Source of the DNA: Salinivirgaceae bacterium
GTDB lineage: Bacteria > Bacteroidota > Bacteroidia > Bacteroidales > SZUA-534
Length of the DNA: 64,000 nucleotides
Reading direction: 5' to 3'
NCBI GenBank assembly: GCA_017527435.1
Contig: JAFXQB010000001.1
Span: forward strand, 4,696-68,695
The translations under genes and the position numbers were made by a program. Positions 44,291-55,285 of the stretch are shown here, piece after piece (position 1 is the first letter of the stretch; the number at the start of each line of letters is the position of its first letter). The notes under the pieces are model-generated. The model was not told where the DNA came from and searched no databases. It saw nothing but the letters and a program-made list of their open reading frames with translations.

Positions 44291-47218
44291 ATGATTTTCA
44301 AACACTTATCGGTTGCAGTCGGGTTACTGACTTGTTTGGCCGCCTATGGCAATAGCCACAATTCGGGAAAGGTGGAATACACCGCCGAGCAAGAGCAATG
44401 GGCTGATTCTGTGCTAAATACGCTCAACACGCGGCAGAAAATAGCGCAACTGATAATGATGGCTGTCTATTCGAACAAAACCGAAAGTTACAATCAGCAG
44501 ACCGTTGAACTATTTGAACAACAGCAAATTGGCGGCATAATATTTATGCAGGGCGGTCCAGTGCGTCAAGCAATGTTGTGCAACCGCATTCAGGCCGTGC
44601 TGAACGTTCCCGCAATGGTGGCCATCGATGCTGAATACGGGCTTGGAATGCGGCTCGACAGCACCATCTACTACCCGCGCGCAATGGCTTTGGGCGCCAT
44701 CGGAAGCACCGAGCCCATCTACGATTTTGGCGCAGAAGTGGCGCGGCAGTGCCGACGCCTGGGTGTGAACATCAACTTTGCACCCGTGCTCGACATCAAC
44801 GTCGAACCCAAGAACCCGATTATCAGCAGCCGTTCATTCGGTGAAAGCAAGTTGCACGTAACTAATTGTGCATCAGCATACGCACGCGGAATGCAAGACA
44901 ACGGCGTGCTGGCCGTGGGCAAGCATTTTCCCGGCCACGGCGACACCCACACCGACTCGCACCTTGCACTGCCACTTGTTGACCACAGCCGTAGACGACT
45001 GAATGACATTGAGTTATATCCGTTCCGCAAAACCGCCGACCTGATGGGCGGAATGCTGGTGGCACACCTTGCTGTACCCGCTTTGGAACCCGACACACTG
45101 CTTCCGTCAACATTGTCGAAACGTATTGTTGATTCACTGCTAATCAAAGAGTTAGGTTACAAAGGATTGATTTTTACCGATGCCCTGAATATGCGCGGCG
45201 TGGCAAATGCCTTTGAGCCTGGCGAGTTGGAAGTCCGCGCGTTTATGGCAGGAAACGACATTCTGCTCTTCCCGAAAAACGCTGAACTGGCAATCAGCAG
45301 CATTGAGCAAGCCATTGCCGACAGCCTGATAAGCCTTGACGAACTAAACCGCCGCTGCCGCAAAGTGTTGATAACCAAAGCGTGGATGGGGTTGAACCAC
45401 TATCAGCCCATCGACACCACGAACCTTTACGCCGACTTGCACTCGGCAGACGCTGTCGCGATGCAGAACCGGCTCACCGGCCAATCGCTGACACTGATAA
45501 AAAACAAGGGCAAACTACCCATTAACAATCTGTCGGACAACAAAATACTATCAATAACACTCGGTGGAACGCCCGATAACAAATTTCAGCAGCAACTGCT
45601 TTGCTACGCCGCCGCCGACACTCTGAACCTGACCACCTACCCCACCGATTCGGTGATTAGCGTGGTTTTTGATTTGGCAAAAGGCTACAACACGGTCATT
45701 ATCACAACAATAGGCACCAATGAATTGCAGTCGAAAAACTTCGGGGTGATTCCCGAATCTATAAAACTGATTGACACTCTTGCGCTCAACAACAATGCCG
45801 TTTTTGTGCATTTAGGCAATCCGTATGCTCTTGCAAAACTGCATAATATCAGCAACTTGCAAGCGATACTTGTGGCTTATCGCGCAAACGACGAGTCACA
45901 GGAACTGGCCGCACAAGCCGTATTTGGCGGACGGACTATTAAAGGGCGCATCCCCGTATCGGCTTGCGGAAACATTCTTGAAGGCGCCGGCTCGGACATC
46001 GACCACACAACACGACTCGCCTACTCAAGCGCAACTTGTACCGGGCTGAATCCTGAGCCGCTCAACAAGATTGATTCCATTGTCAATAAATGCATTGCCG
46101 ACAAGGTGATGCCCGGTTGCCAAATTGCGTTCAGCTATAAGGGGCAAATTGTCTATAACAAGGCCTTCGGCTACCACACCTACGACAGCTTGCAACCCGT
46201 GCAACTGTCTGATATTTACGATATTGCATCGGTTACAAAAGTGGCGGCCACCACCACTGCGCTGATGATGCTCTACGAGCAAAAACGCTTCAAACTGAAC
46301 GATAAGCTGTCGACTTACGTGCCGGTGATAGCCAAAAGCAACAAGAAAGACCTGAAAATCAATCATATTCTTACTCACCAAGCCGGACTGAAAAACTGGG
46401 TTCCGTTCTACCAAAACACATTCACGCCCGACGGCTCGCTGCGACCGGATTTGTATTCACAGACAAAAACCAACAAATTCAGCATTCAAATATCTGATAG
46501 TCTGTATCTTAATTCAAAATACACAGACACCATTTATTCCGAAATCGCCAAATCGCCGCTCGGCGACAAAAAATATCTCTACAGTGACCTTGGGTTCTAT
46601 CTTTTCCCGCTGATGATTGAAAAACTGACGGGAATGAAAATCGATGAATATTGCAACGAAAAGATTTTCAAACCATTAGGAATGAGCAACACAGGATATA
46701 GGCCGCTTGAGCGATTCGATACGGTGCGAATTGTGCCGTCGGAAATTGACAGCAACTGGCGCAACGACACCATCTGCGGTTTTGTGAACGACCAAGGCGC
46801 GGCTATGCTGGGCGGCGTTTCGGGGCACGCGGGCTTGTTCTCGAACGCCAACGACCTTGCCAAACTGTGCCAACTGTGGCTCAACGGCGGAACTTACGGC
46901 GATGTGAAACTGTTCAACCCGGGCACCGTCAAAACCTTCACAACGGCGCCATTCAGCGGCAACCGCCGAGCGCTGGGTTTCGACAAGCCGCTCGTGAAAT
47001 TCAACACCAACGGCCCAACCTGCGAAAAAGCTTCGCAAAAAAGTTTCGGACACAGCGGATTCACAGGCGCATACATCTGGATTGACCCTGAATATGAGTG
47101 TTTTATGGTTTTCCTGACAAACCGCATCTACCCCACATCGAAAGACAACAAACTGGCGAAACTCAACATCCGCACACAGATTCAAGAACTTTTCTATCAG
47201 GCGATTATAAAAGATTGA
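44291..47218 (+). CDS. fusion protein: GH3 beta-N-acetylhexosaminidase-like domain + class C beta-lactamase-family serine hydrolase
   Basis: KHFPGHGDTHTDSH (GH3 NagZ-like) in the N-terminal half; SxxK motif ASVTKV in the C-terminal half; signal peptide. Confidence 0.8.
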   Translation: MIFKHLSVAVGLLTCLAAYGNSHNSGKVEYTAEQEQWADSVLNTLNTRQKIAQLIMMAVYSNKTESYNQQTVELFEQQQIGGIIFMQGGPVRQAMLCNRIQAVLNVPAMVAIDAEYGLGMRLDSTIYYPRAMALGAIGSTEPIYDFGAEVARQCRRLGVNINFAPVLDINVEPKNPIISSRSFGESKLHVTNCASAYARGMQDNGVLAVGKHFPGHGDTHTDSHLALPLVDHSRRRLNDIELYPFRKTADLMGGMLVAHLAVPALEPDTLLPSTLSKRIVDSLLIKELGYKGLIFTDALNMRGVANAFEPGELEVRAFMAGNDILLFPKNAELAISSIEQAIADSLISLDELNRRCRKVLITKAWMGLNHYQPIDTTNLYADLHSADAVAMQNRLTGQSLTLIKNKGKLPINNLSDNKILSITLGGTPDNKFQQQLLCYAAADTLNLTTYPTDSVISVVFDLAKGYNTVIITTIGTNELQSKNFGVIPESIKLIDTLALNNNAVFVHLGNPYALAKLHNISNLQAILVAYRANDESQELAAQAVFGGRTIKGRIPVSACGNILEGAGSDIDHTTRLAYSSATCTGLNPEPLNKIDSIVNKCIADKVMPGCQIAFSYKGQIVYNKAFGYHTYDSLQPVQLSDIYDIASVTKVAATTTALMMLYEQKRFKLNDKLSTYVPVIAKSNKKDLKINHILTHQAGLKNWVPFYQNTFTPDGSLRPDLYSQTKTNKFSIQISDSLYLNSKYTDTIYSEIAKSPLGDKKYLYSDLGFYLFPLMIEKLTGMKIDEYCNEKIFKPLGMSNTGYRPLERFDTVRIVPSEIDSNWRNDTICGFVNDQGAAMLGGVSGHAGLFSNANDLAKLCQLWLNGGTYGDVKLFNPGTVKTFTTAPFSGNRRALGFDKPLVKFNTNGPTCEKASQKSFGHSGFTGAYIWIDPEYECFMVFLTNRIYPTSKDNKLAKLNIRTQIQELFYQAIIKD

Positions 47219-47455
47219 TGATTCCCAACCTTTTCAAATCCGTGCAAACGGTTGAATCCACCACTCATCAATCTAAAATTCAACACAATAAATTCACCTG
47301 ACAGCATCAGAAGAACGACCGCAGTGTCAATAAAAATCAAGGCTGAAAGGCGGTTTGGCACAGAATATGTGACTAAAAATAGGTTGCAGAATGGACAACC
47401 AACGTCCCATTCTCGCTTAAGAACTTGTATATCAAGAAAATCTAACATAAACAAA

Positions 47456-49015
47456 ATGACGAATAAAGACAAAATTGGAGGGCTGATTAAGAAAAGAGCC
47501 GAGGCCAAAGTTGGAGGCGGTGTTGCGCGAATCGACAAGCAACACGAAAAAGGCAAACTCACAGCCCGCGAACGCATCAACATGCTGCTAGACGAAGGCA
47601 GTTTTGAAGAGTTCGATATGTTTGTGAGCCACCGCTGCACAAACTTTGGAATGGACAAACAGAAATTTATGGGCGACGGCGTTGTAACTGGCCACGGAAC
47701 CATCGACGGACGTGTGGTTTACATTTACGCTCAAGACTTTACGGTGTTCGGCGGCTCGCTGTCGGAAACCATGTCGCAGAAGATTTGCAAGGTGATGGAT
47801 ATGGCCATGAAGGTTGGCGCACCCGTCATCGGCATCAACGACTCGGGCGGCGCGCGTATTCAAGAAGGCGTGAACTCGCTCACTGGCTTCGCCAACATTT
47901 TCGAGCGCAATATTCTTGCTTCGGGTGTAATTCCCCAAATATCAGCAATATACGGTCCGTGCGCAGGCGGCGCGGTTTACTCACCCGCCATCACCGACTT
48001 TGTTTTTATGAATCAGGACACAAGTTATATGTTCCTGACTGGCCCGAAGGTTGTGAAAACCGTTACGGGCGAGGTTGTTAACGAAGAACAACTTGGTGGC
48101 GCTCAAGTACATACATCGAAATCGGGCGTTGCCCACTTTGTTTCGGAGAATGAGGAAGAAGGCTTGATGGCAATCCGTCGTCTGCTCTCGTTCCTGCCGC
48201 AGAACAACCTTGAGGAGGCGCCGCTGCTTGAGTGCAACGACCCAATCAACCGCCTTGAGGACTCACTCAACGAGATTATCCCCGACAACCCGAACACGCC
48301 GTACGATATGAAAGACGTTATTCTGGCCATTATCGACAACGGCGATTTCATGGAAGTTCAGGAGAATTTTGCAAAGAACATAATTGTAGGTTTCGCACGC
48401 TTCAACGGCGCATCGGTGGGCATTGTGGCCAACCAACCGTCGTTCATGGCGGGTGTGCTCGACAGCAACGCTGCCCGCAAGGCCGCCCGTTTCATCCGCT
48501 TCTGCGATGCCTTCAACATTCCGATTGTAACACTTGTTGACGTGCCCGGATTCCTTCCTGGAACAGGTCAGGAATACAACGCCATCATATCGCACGGCGC
48601 CAAACTGCTCTACGCTTACGGCGAGGCCACAGTGCCAAAAATCACCGTCATCCTGCGCAAGGCTTACGGCGGCGCCTACATTGTGATGGGCTCAAAGGGT
48701 CTTCGCGGCGACATCAACTACGCATGGCCGTCGGCTGAGATTGCCGTGATGGGTGCCAAAGGTGCGGTTGAGATTCTGGAAGGCAAGAATATCAGCAAGA
48801 TAGAAGACGCCGACGAGAAAGCCGCCTACATCAAGCAGGCCGAAGACGAGTACACAGACAAGTTCTCGAACCCGTATGTGGCCGCTCAAATGGGCTACCT
48901 TGACGACGTGATTGAGCCACGCAACACCCGCTTCCGTGTGATTCGCGCACTGCAAGTGCTCGCCACAAAGAAAGATTCTGTTCCCGCAAAGAAACATTCA
49001 AACATTCCATTGTAA
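47456..49015 (+). CDS. mmdA: methylmalonyl-CoA decarboxylase alpha subunit (acyl-CoA carboxyltransferase)
   Basis: ATG 47456 ([22 protein letters not shown]...). Carboxyltransferase family profile. Followed by the gamma, biotin-carrier and beta subunits. Confidence 0.85.
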   Translation: MTNKDKIGGLIKKRAEAKVGGGVARIDKQHEKGKLTARERINMLLDEGSFEEFDMFVSHRCTNFGMDKQKFMGDGVVTGHGTIDGRVVYIYAQDFTVFGGSLSETMSQKICKVMDMAMKVGAPVIGINDSGGARIQEGVNSLTGFANIFERNILASGVIPQISAIYGPCAGGAVYSPAITDFVFMNQDTSYMFLTGPKVVKTVTGEVVNEEQLGGAQVHTSKSGVAHFVSENEEEGLMAIRRLLSFLPQNNLEEAPLLECNDPINRLEDSLNEIIPDNPNTPYDMKDVILAIIDNGDFMEVQENFAKNIIVGFARFNGASVGIVANQPSFMAGVLDSNAARKAARFIRFCDAFNIPIVTLVDVPGFLPGTGQEYNAIISHGAKLLYAYGEATVPKITVILRKAYGGAYIVMGSKGLRGDINYAWPSAEIAVMGAKGAVEILEGKNISKIEDADEKAAYIKQAEDEYTDKFSNPYVAAQMGYLDDVIEPRNTRFRVIRALQVLATKKDSVPAKKHSNIPL

Positions 49016-49888
49016 ATGAAGCCGATACGAATATTAACACTAATTATTGCTCTGTCGGCCTGCGTTGCGGCATCCGCCCAAAACGCGTCAGATTTGCGGA
49101 TAAACGAAGTGATGGTTTTCAACGACTCGAGCGTGGTGGACGACTACGGAAACCATGTGGGATGGATTGAGATTTTCAACACATCGTACAACACCGTCAA
49201 CCTGAGCGGGCTGTTCCTGACCGACGATATGGGCAATCCGACAAAGAGCCGCATCGCCAAAAGTCCCGATGCGACAATCGCACCGCGCAGTTACTTTATA
49301 TTGTATGCCACAGGCGACAAATCGGTTGGCGTGCACCATCTGACCTTCAACCTGAAAAACAGCCGAATGATTGCGCTGTTCGACGGCAACGGCCGCACCA
49401 TAATCGACAGCGTTGCGCTTCCCGCAATGACAGCCGACATGTCGCTGAGCCGCGAAACAGACGGCGGCGAAGTGTGGACAACCAAGAATCTGCCCACACC
49501 GAACTCGAGCAACTGGTTCGAACCGTTTGCGGGCGAAGTTGACCAATTCAAGTCGCTCGACCCGTTCGGCGCAGGCATGGCAATGATTGCCATGACCATT
49601 GTACTTGGTTCATTGGCAACACTTTACTGCTGTTTTAAGATTGTCGGCCGAATAGCCACACGCAAGAAAAAAGACAAGCCGTTTGTGGCCAAAAACGCCG
49701 AAACGGGCGAAGAAGCATCAAATGAAGTGAACGCAGCAATCGCTTTGGCACTATTCTTGCTTAGCAAACAAGAGCACGACGATGAGTACACCGTTCTGAC
49801 GATGCACAAAGTGTCGAGAAACTACTCGCCGTGGAGTTCAAAAATATATGGTCTGCGCAAGCGTCCTGGCGGTTTATCGTCATTCTAA
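49016..49888 (+). CDS. lamin-tail-domain + OadG-like membrane subunit of the decarboxylase
   Basis: LRINEVMVFND...GWIEIFNTSYNTVNLSGLFLTDD (LTD pattern). C-terminal TM segment AGMAMIAMTIVLGSLATLYCCF (OadG-like). Its ATG directly abuts the mmdA stop. Confidence 0.6.
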   Translation: MKPIRILTLIIALSACVAASAQNASDLRINEVMVFNDSSVVDDYGNHVGWIEIFNTSYNTVNLSGLFLTDDMGNPTKSRIAKSPDATIAPRSYFILYATGDKSVGVHHLTFNLKNSRMIALFDGNGRTIIDSVALPAMTADMSLSRETDGGEVWTTKNLPTPNSSNWFEPFAGEVDQFKSLDPFGAGMAMIAMTIVLGSLATLYCCFKIVGRIATRKKKDKPFVAKNAETGEEASNEVNAAIALALFLLSKQEHDDEYTVLTMHKVSRNYSPWSSKIYGLRKRPGGLSSF

Positions 49889-49911
49889 AAACGAAAAAAA
49901 ACTTTTGGGAT

Positions 49912-50355
49912 ATGGAAAAGTTCAATTTTATAATCAACGGTAACAACTACGATACCGAAGTCCTTGAAATCATTGACAATAAGGCGCAAATACAAGTCAA
50001 CGGCGTCATCTACAATGTTGAAATCGACAACTCGAAACAAAAAATAGCAAACACACCGCGCGCAAATGTGGCACGGCCTGTAGTCAAATCATCATCGAGT
50101 GAGACTCAAACCATTGTGAAACAAACGCGTACAGCCGTCAGCGATAACGCCGTGACAGCCCCGCTGCCTGGTGTGATTCTGGACGTGAAAGTGAACGTTG
50201 GCGACACCGTGACCGCTGGTCAACACCTGCTCACGCTTGAAGCGATGAAGATGGAAAACAACATCGACTCGCCGAAAGACGGCGTGGTTAAGAGCATCGC
50301 CAAACACAAAGGCGACTCGGTGATGGAAGGCGACGCATTGATTGTCATTGAATAG
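49912..50355 (+). CDS. biotin carrier subunit of the decarboxylase
   Basis: ATG 49912; biotinyl-lysine motif EAMKMEN. Confidence 0.8.
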   Translation: MEKFNFIINGNNYDTEVLEIIDNKAQIQVNGVIYNVEIDNSKQKIANTPRANVARPVVKSSSSETQTIVKQTRTAVSDNAVTAPLPGVILDVKVNVGDTVTAGQHLLTLEAMKMENNIDSPKDGVVKSIAKHKGDSVMEGDALIVIE

Positions 50356-50397
50356 CAATAGGATTAATCCATTGATTTACAAATAGAAAATCCACTA

Positions 50398-51555
50398 ATG
50401 GAACACGGATTCATATCATTTGTGCTCGAACATATAGCACAATTCTTCTCATACACAGCCTTCGCCAACATGACCATCGGCCACCTTGTGATGATTGCCG
50501 TTGGTTTGGTTTTCATCTATTTAGCCATTGCGAAGGAATTTGAACCGATGCTGCTGCTGCCAATCGGTTTCGGCATCATCATTGGCAACATTGCCTTCGC
50601 GCCTGGTCTTAAAATCGGCATCTACGAGAGCGGCAGTGTGCTTAACTACTTGCATTTCGGCGTTTTACAAGGCGTTTACCCGCCACTGATATTTTTGGGT
50701 ATTGGTGCGATGACCGACTTTTCGGCGCTCATCTCGAACCCGAAACTGGTTCTGGTGGGCGGTGCCGCTCAGCTAGGTATTTTCGGCGCTTACGCGATTG
50801 CCCTGGCGCTGGGATTCACATCGCCCGAAGCAGGTGCAATCGGCATCATTGGCGGTGCCGACGGCCCGACAGCCATCTTCCTTTCGTCGAAACTGGCCCC
50901 CGACCTTATGGGCGCCATTGCAATATCGGCCTACTCGTATATGGCGCTTGTGCCGGTGATTCAGCCGCCGATTATGAAACTGCTGACAACAGAGAAAGAG
51001 CGCACCATTAAAATGAAACCGCCTCGCGCCGTTTCAAAAACCGAGCGCATTATGTTCCCGATTATCGGTCTGCTGCTCACCTGCCTTCTGGTTCCGTCGG
51101 GTCTGCCGCTGCTGGGTATGCTTTTCTTCGGCAACCTGCTGAAAGAGAGCACGGTAACCAAACGCCTGGCCGACACCGCACGCGGTCCGCTCATCGACAT
51201 TGTGACAATCCTTATCGGCCTGACCGTGGGCGCTTCAACGCAAGCAACCACCTTCCTGACAGCCAAATCGATAGGCATCTTCGCACTGGGCGCAATATCG
51301 TTTGTGATTGCAACCTGCGGCGGTGTGCTGTTCGTGAAGTTCTTCAACCTGTTCCTGAAGGAAGGCAACAAAATCAACCCGCTCATTGGCAACGCTGGTG
51401 TTTCAGCTGTGCCCGACAGCGCGCGCGTTTCGGAAGTTGTTGGCCTTGAGTTCGATAAGAGCAACCACCTGCTGATGCACGCAATGGGCTGCAACGTGGC
51501 TGGCGTCATCGGTAGCGCCATTGCCGCTGGTATCTTGTTGAGTTTCTTGAGTTGA
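50398..51555 (+). CDS. mmdB: Na+-translocating decarboxylase beta subunit
   Basis: 385-aa polytopic protein of the OadB/MmdB type; operon context. Confidence 0.85.
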   Translation: MEHGFISFVLEHIAQFFSYTAFANMTIGHLVMIAVGLVFIYLAIAKEFEPMLLLPIGFGIIIGNIAFAPGLKIGIYESGSVLNYLHFGVLQGVYPPLIFLGIGAMTDFSALISNPKLVLVGGAAQLGIFGAYAIALALGFTSPEAGAIGIIGGADGPTAIFLSSKLAPDLMGAIAISAYSYMALVPVIQPPIMKLLTTEKERTIKMKPPRAVSKTERIMFPIIGLLLTCLLVPSGLPLLGMLFFGNLLKESTVTKRLADTARGPLIDIVTILIGLTVGASTQATTFLTAKSIGIFALGAISFVIATCGGVLFVKFFNLFLKEGNKINPLIGNAGVSAVPDSARVSEVVGLEFDKSNHLLMHAMGCNVAGVIGSAIAAGILLSFLS

Positions 51556-53561
51556 TGCGAAACTATCTGACTAACATAAAGTTATTTGCAAAAAGGATAC
51601 TTCTGATATTCGTCTTTATGACTGCCACAAGGCTGCTGTTCTATGCAATGAATAGCAGCCATTTTTGTTTGTCATTCAGCGAGTTAACCTTACATTTGTT
51701 CTACGGTCTGCATTTCGATATGGTGTCGATTGCGCTGGCCAATATGTTGTTTGTGCTGATGAGCGTTGTTCCGGTGAGCCGGATTTTAGACAATAGCATT
51801 TATCAGAAAATACTGAAAATCATCTTTTTAATCACAAACATTGCAATTCTTGCGTGCAATTTTGTGGATTGCAAATTCTATGAGTGGGAAGAGAAACGGC
51901 TCACGGCCGACATTTTCACACCCGAATGGATGGGCGATGATTTTCTGACGCTGCTGCCACGATTCTTCACCGACTATTGGCCACTGTTTCTGCTATTTGC
52001 GGCCACGGTGGCGCTGTTTGTCTGGCTTTATCCCAATCACAAGTCCGTTGAAAGGCAACGCTGCACTCCGCTTGAATATGCAGCACAAAGTATTGTGGCT
52101 CTGCTAATTATAGCAATTACTGCAATAGCGTCACGCGGAAGTTTTGGCGAGAAACCGCTGCGCATTATGGCGGCTGCCAAATACACCACGCCCGAGCGGA
52201 TGCCGCTGATTCTGAACTCATCGTTCACTATCTTCAAAACATTGGGCAACAGCTCGTTATCACAATACAACTACTTCACCGAAGATGAACTAGAGCAGAT
52301 TTACACACCACTTCACGCACCTGTCAGCACTGCCGTTGGCAAGGGCAAGAATGTGGTTATCATTATTTTAGAGAGTTTCGGCCGCGAATACAGCGCACTG
52401 CTCAACAACTCGAAAACCGGCTACACGCCTTGCCTTGACTCGCTGATGCGCCAAGGTCTTTACTGCACAAACGCGTACGCCAACGGCAAACGCTCAATTG
52501 AAGCAATGCCGTCGGTGATGGCGTCGCTGCCGGCACTGCTCGACAAGGCGTTCATCACATCGACATACGCATCGAACCAAATTGACGGCATCGCAACCCT
52601 GCTTGGGCGGCAGGGCTACACATCGGCCTTCTTCCACGGCGGCGCGAACGGCACAATGAGCTTCGACAGTTTTACGAGCCTTGCCGGATTCGAGCGCTAC
52701 TACGGCTTTAACGAGTATCCCGACAAGGGCGATTCCGACAACTATTGGGGCATTTTCGACGAACCGTTTGAGCAGTTTATGGTCAATGAGTTATCGACTT
52801 TCAAGCAGCCGTTTGTGGCCGGGCTGTTCACTTTGAGCTCGCACCACCCCTACACCATTCCCGAGCAGCACAAAGGCCGTTTTCCGAAAGGGCATTTGAT
52901 TAATTTAGAGAGCATTGGCTATGCCGATTACGCTCTGGGGCGATTCTTTGAGTCGGCTGCGAAAACCGACTGGTACAACAACACGCTTTTTGTGCTGACG
53001 GCCGACCACACGGCGCAGTCGGAATCGGAATTCTACCAATCGACAGTGGGACATTATGCTGTGCCACTGATATTTATCTGCCCGTCTGACAGCGCGATGC
53101 ACGGCATCTACACCCGCACCGCGCAGCAAATCGACATTATGCCCACCATTCTCGACTATGTGGGCTGCGACGAGCCTTATGTGGCCTTCGGCAACAGCCT
53201 GTTCGACAGCGCCGCACCACGTGTTTCGGTGAGCTATCTGAACGGACTTTATCAGATTATCGACGACGAACGGTGCGTGATTTTCGATGGCGATGAGTTC
53301 ACAACATCGATGGAAATCAGAAAGTTACATCAGAACGACGGCATCGACCGCTACGCCAACGGATACCAATTTGTTTCCATCAGCGAAAGCCTGAAACGAT
53401 ACAAATCCGAAGCAGACAAACTGCTGCGCAATCGCAATACGTATCTGTCTAAAAACAAGACAGATGAGCAAAACCTGCAACTTTTGAAAGGCATCATTCA
53501 GCAGTACAACACACGGATGCAAAACAATGAGTTGTCGGCAAAACGAAATAAAATTCGTTAA
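51555..53561 (+). CDS. LTA-synthase-family (sulfatase-fold) phosphoglycerol/phosphoethanolamine transferase
   Basis: N-terminal TM bundle plus sulfatase domain (VVIIILESFGREYS). Its ATG shares one nt with the mmdB stop (TGATG). Confidence 0.75.
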   Translation: MRNYLTNIKLFAKRILLIFVFMTATRLLFYAMNSSHFCLSFSELTLHLFYGLHFDMVSIALANMLFVLMSVVPVSRILDNSIYQKILKIIFLITNIAILACNFVDCKFYEWEEKRLTADIFTPEWMGDDFLTLLPRFFTDYWPLFLLFAATVALFVWLYPNHKSVERQRCTPLEYAAQSIVALLIIAITAIASRGSFGEKPLRIMAAAKYTTPERMPLILNSSFTIFKTLGNSSLSQYNYFTEDELEQIYTPLHAPVSTAVGKGKNVVIIILESFGREYSALLNNSKTGYTPCLDSLMRQGLYCTNAYANGKRSIEAMPSVMASLPALLDKAFITSTYASNQIDGIATLLGRQGYTSAFFHGGANGTMSFDSFTSLAGFERYYGFNEYPDKGDSDNYWGIFDEPFEQFMVNELSTFKQPFVAGLFTLSSHHPYTIPEQHKGRFPKGHLINLESIGYADYALGRFFESAAKTDWYNNTLFVLTADHTAQSESEFYQSTVGHYAVPLIFICPSDSAMHGIYTRTAQQIDIMPTILDYVGCDEPYVAFGNSLFDSAAPRVSVSYLNGLYQIIDDERCVIFDGDEFTTSMEIRKLHQNDGIDRYANGYQFVSISESLKRYKSEADKLLRNRNTYLSKNKTDEQNLQLLKGIIQQYNTRMQNNELSAKRNKIR

Positions 53562-53574
53562 TTTGCAGAAAAAA

Positions 53575-54552
53575 ATGGCCGAAGAAATTCTTTTCATAGT
53601 AAACCCCATTTCGGGAACCGGAAAGCAGAAAAAGCTGAACAAAAATCTTGAAAAGACATTGAATTACAGCCTTTTCAACCCAACAATCGTGTACACACAA
53701 CACGCCGGCCACGCCACCGAAATGAGCCGCGAAGCCATTGGGCGCTACAAATACGTGATTGCCGTGGGCGGCGACGGAACGGTGAACGAAGTGGTGAAAG
53801 GTCTGACGGGCAGCGAAACCACAATGGGTATCATTCCCGTGGGCTCGGGCAACGGACTGGCGCGGCACCTGAACATTCCGATGGATATGGACGAAGCCAT
53901 AAAAGTCATCAATAAGCAGCTTACGAAACGAATTGATACTGTGAAGATTAACAATGAGCTGTCGGTCAACGTGTCGGGCGTTGGGTTCGATGCGCACGTG
54001 GCTCACAAATTCGCGAAAAACGGCAAGCGCGGCTCGATTCCGTATGTGAAAATCGCCGCAACCGAGTTTCAGCACTATAAAACGCAGGCTTACAAGATTG
54101 TGGCCGACGGAAAACCGATGTTCCGCAACGCTTTTATGATTAGCCTTGCCAACTCGGCGCAGTTCGGCAACAACGCGCTTATCTCGCCCGAAGCAAAGAT
54201 TGACGACGGCCTGGTTGACATCTGCATCCTGTCGGAATTTCCGAAAGTTGAAGCACCGGCTATAGGCGCGCGGCTCTTCAACCGCACAATGCACAAATCG
54301 AAATTCATTGAGATTATCAGGGCCCGCAAAGTGGAAATCGACACCAACCACCCGATTATCGCTCATATCGATGGTGAGCCGCGGATTTTCAACGATATGC
54401 TGAACATCGAAGTGCAGCCGGCATCGCTCTGCATCATCTATAACGACGAGATTCAGAAACCGATAATTACGGCTATCGAGAAAGATTTCGTGAAGCTGTT
54501 CGGCAAGGCCACCGGCGGCATTTTCAGTAAGAAAAAGAGTATCAGCGAATAA
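53575..54552 (+). CDS. diacylglycerol-kinase-family lipid kinase (YegS-like)
   Basis: ATG 53575; VIAVGGDGTVNEV and GSGNGLARHL motifs. Confidence 0.8.
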   Translation: MAEEILFIVNPISGTGKQKKLNKNLEKTLNYSLFNPTIVYTQHAGHATEMSREAIGRYKYVIAVGGDGTVNEVVKGLTGSETTMGIIPVGSGNGLARHLNIPMDMDEAIKVINKQLTKRIDTVKINNELSVNVSGVGFDAHVAHKFAKNGKRGSIPYVKIAATEFQHYKTQAYKIVADGKPMFRNAFMISLANSAQFGNNALISPEAKIDDGLVDICILSEFPKVEAPAIGARLFNRTMHKSKFIEIIRARKVEIDTNHPIIAHIDGEPRIFNDMLNIEVQPASLCIIYNDEIQKPIITAIEKDFVKLFGKATGGIFSKKKSISE

Positions 54553-55139
54553 TGAAAAACGTGATTTTTGATTTGGGCGGTGTTGTTTTTTCGCGCGACA
54601 AACGGTTGTGTTCCAACGATTTGCTTGCATTTTGGAAAATCATTCACGCCACCCCGACCCCGCATTTCTGGCTTGAGTTCGACCGTGGCACGCTCACGTG
54701 GGAAGAGATGGTTCTGACTATGACTGAAGTGATGCAAATGCCTTATAATCACTGCGATGAGATTCTGCACGAAGCCATTGCGCAAACACGGCCCGTGGCA
54801 GCCACAAGCGAACTGATTGGACAACTGAAAAAGGCTGGTTACAAGCTGTTTGTGCTGTCGAATATGTCGTTCGAGTTTATTGCCGACTTCCGCAAATACC
54901 CAATTCTCAAAGAGTTCGACGGTGAAGTGATTTCGTGCTACTACAATCTGATTAAACCCGAACGCGCCATCTACGAATTGATTTCCAACAAGTTCGGACT
55001 CATCCCCGCCGAAACGCTCTTCATCGACGACAAACCCGTGAACACCGCTGCGGCCGCCGAATTCGGGTTCCATACATTCGACTTCGACCGCGAGAATCCT
55101 GAAAAAGCGTGCGATGAGTTGCGGAAGATGCTGATTTAG
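54552..55139 (+). CDS. HAD-family hydrolase
   Basis: Motif I VIFDLGGVVF; its ATG overlaps the previous stop (TAATG). Confidence 0.7.
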   Translation: MKNVIFDLGGVVFSRDKRLCSNDLLAFWKIIHATPTPHFWLEFDRGTLTWEEMVLTMTEVMQMPYNHCDEILHEAIAQTRPVAATSELIGQLKKAGYKLFVLSNMSFEFIADFRKYPILKEFDGEVISCYYNLIKPERAIYELISNKFGLIPAETLFIDDKPVNTAAAAEFGFHTFDFDRENPEKACDELRKMLI

Positions 55140-55253
55140 CGCGAATTATGCATAAACAAAGCACTATTTCCCGATAATCGGTTTCAGCAGATTTAGTCAT
55201 ATTTCGATTCAAATTCCATCCAACTTTTCCCTTTCATCTTTTGCCATAGAAAC

Positions 55254-55261
55254 TATATTTG
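55254..55261 (+). promoter_or_regulatory. candidate -7 box TATATTTG
   Basis: Followed by C; 24 nt before ATG 55286. Confidence 0.45.
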
Positions 55262-55285
55262 CATCCGTTAACAAAAACGCGAGAA

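Noticed and set aside
47252-47455. N-terminal 68-codon extension of mmdA in the track (and similar extensions at 37015, 38678, 42085, 49831, 53527 and 55259)
   Set aside because: The extensions begin at non-ATG or spurious codons, run through terminators or promoter boxes, or overlap upstream genes. The conserved family N-termini begin at the internal ATGs I used.
53494-54630. 378-aa minus-strand ORF covering the lipid-kinase gene
   Set aside because: The plus-strand frame carries the GGDGT and GSGNG kinase motifs and fits the operon. The antisense ORF has no recognisable features.
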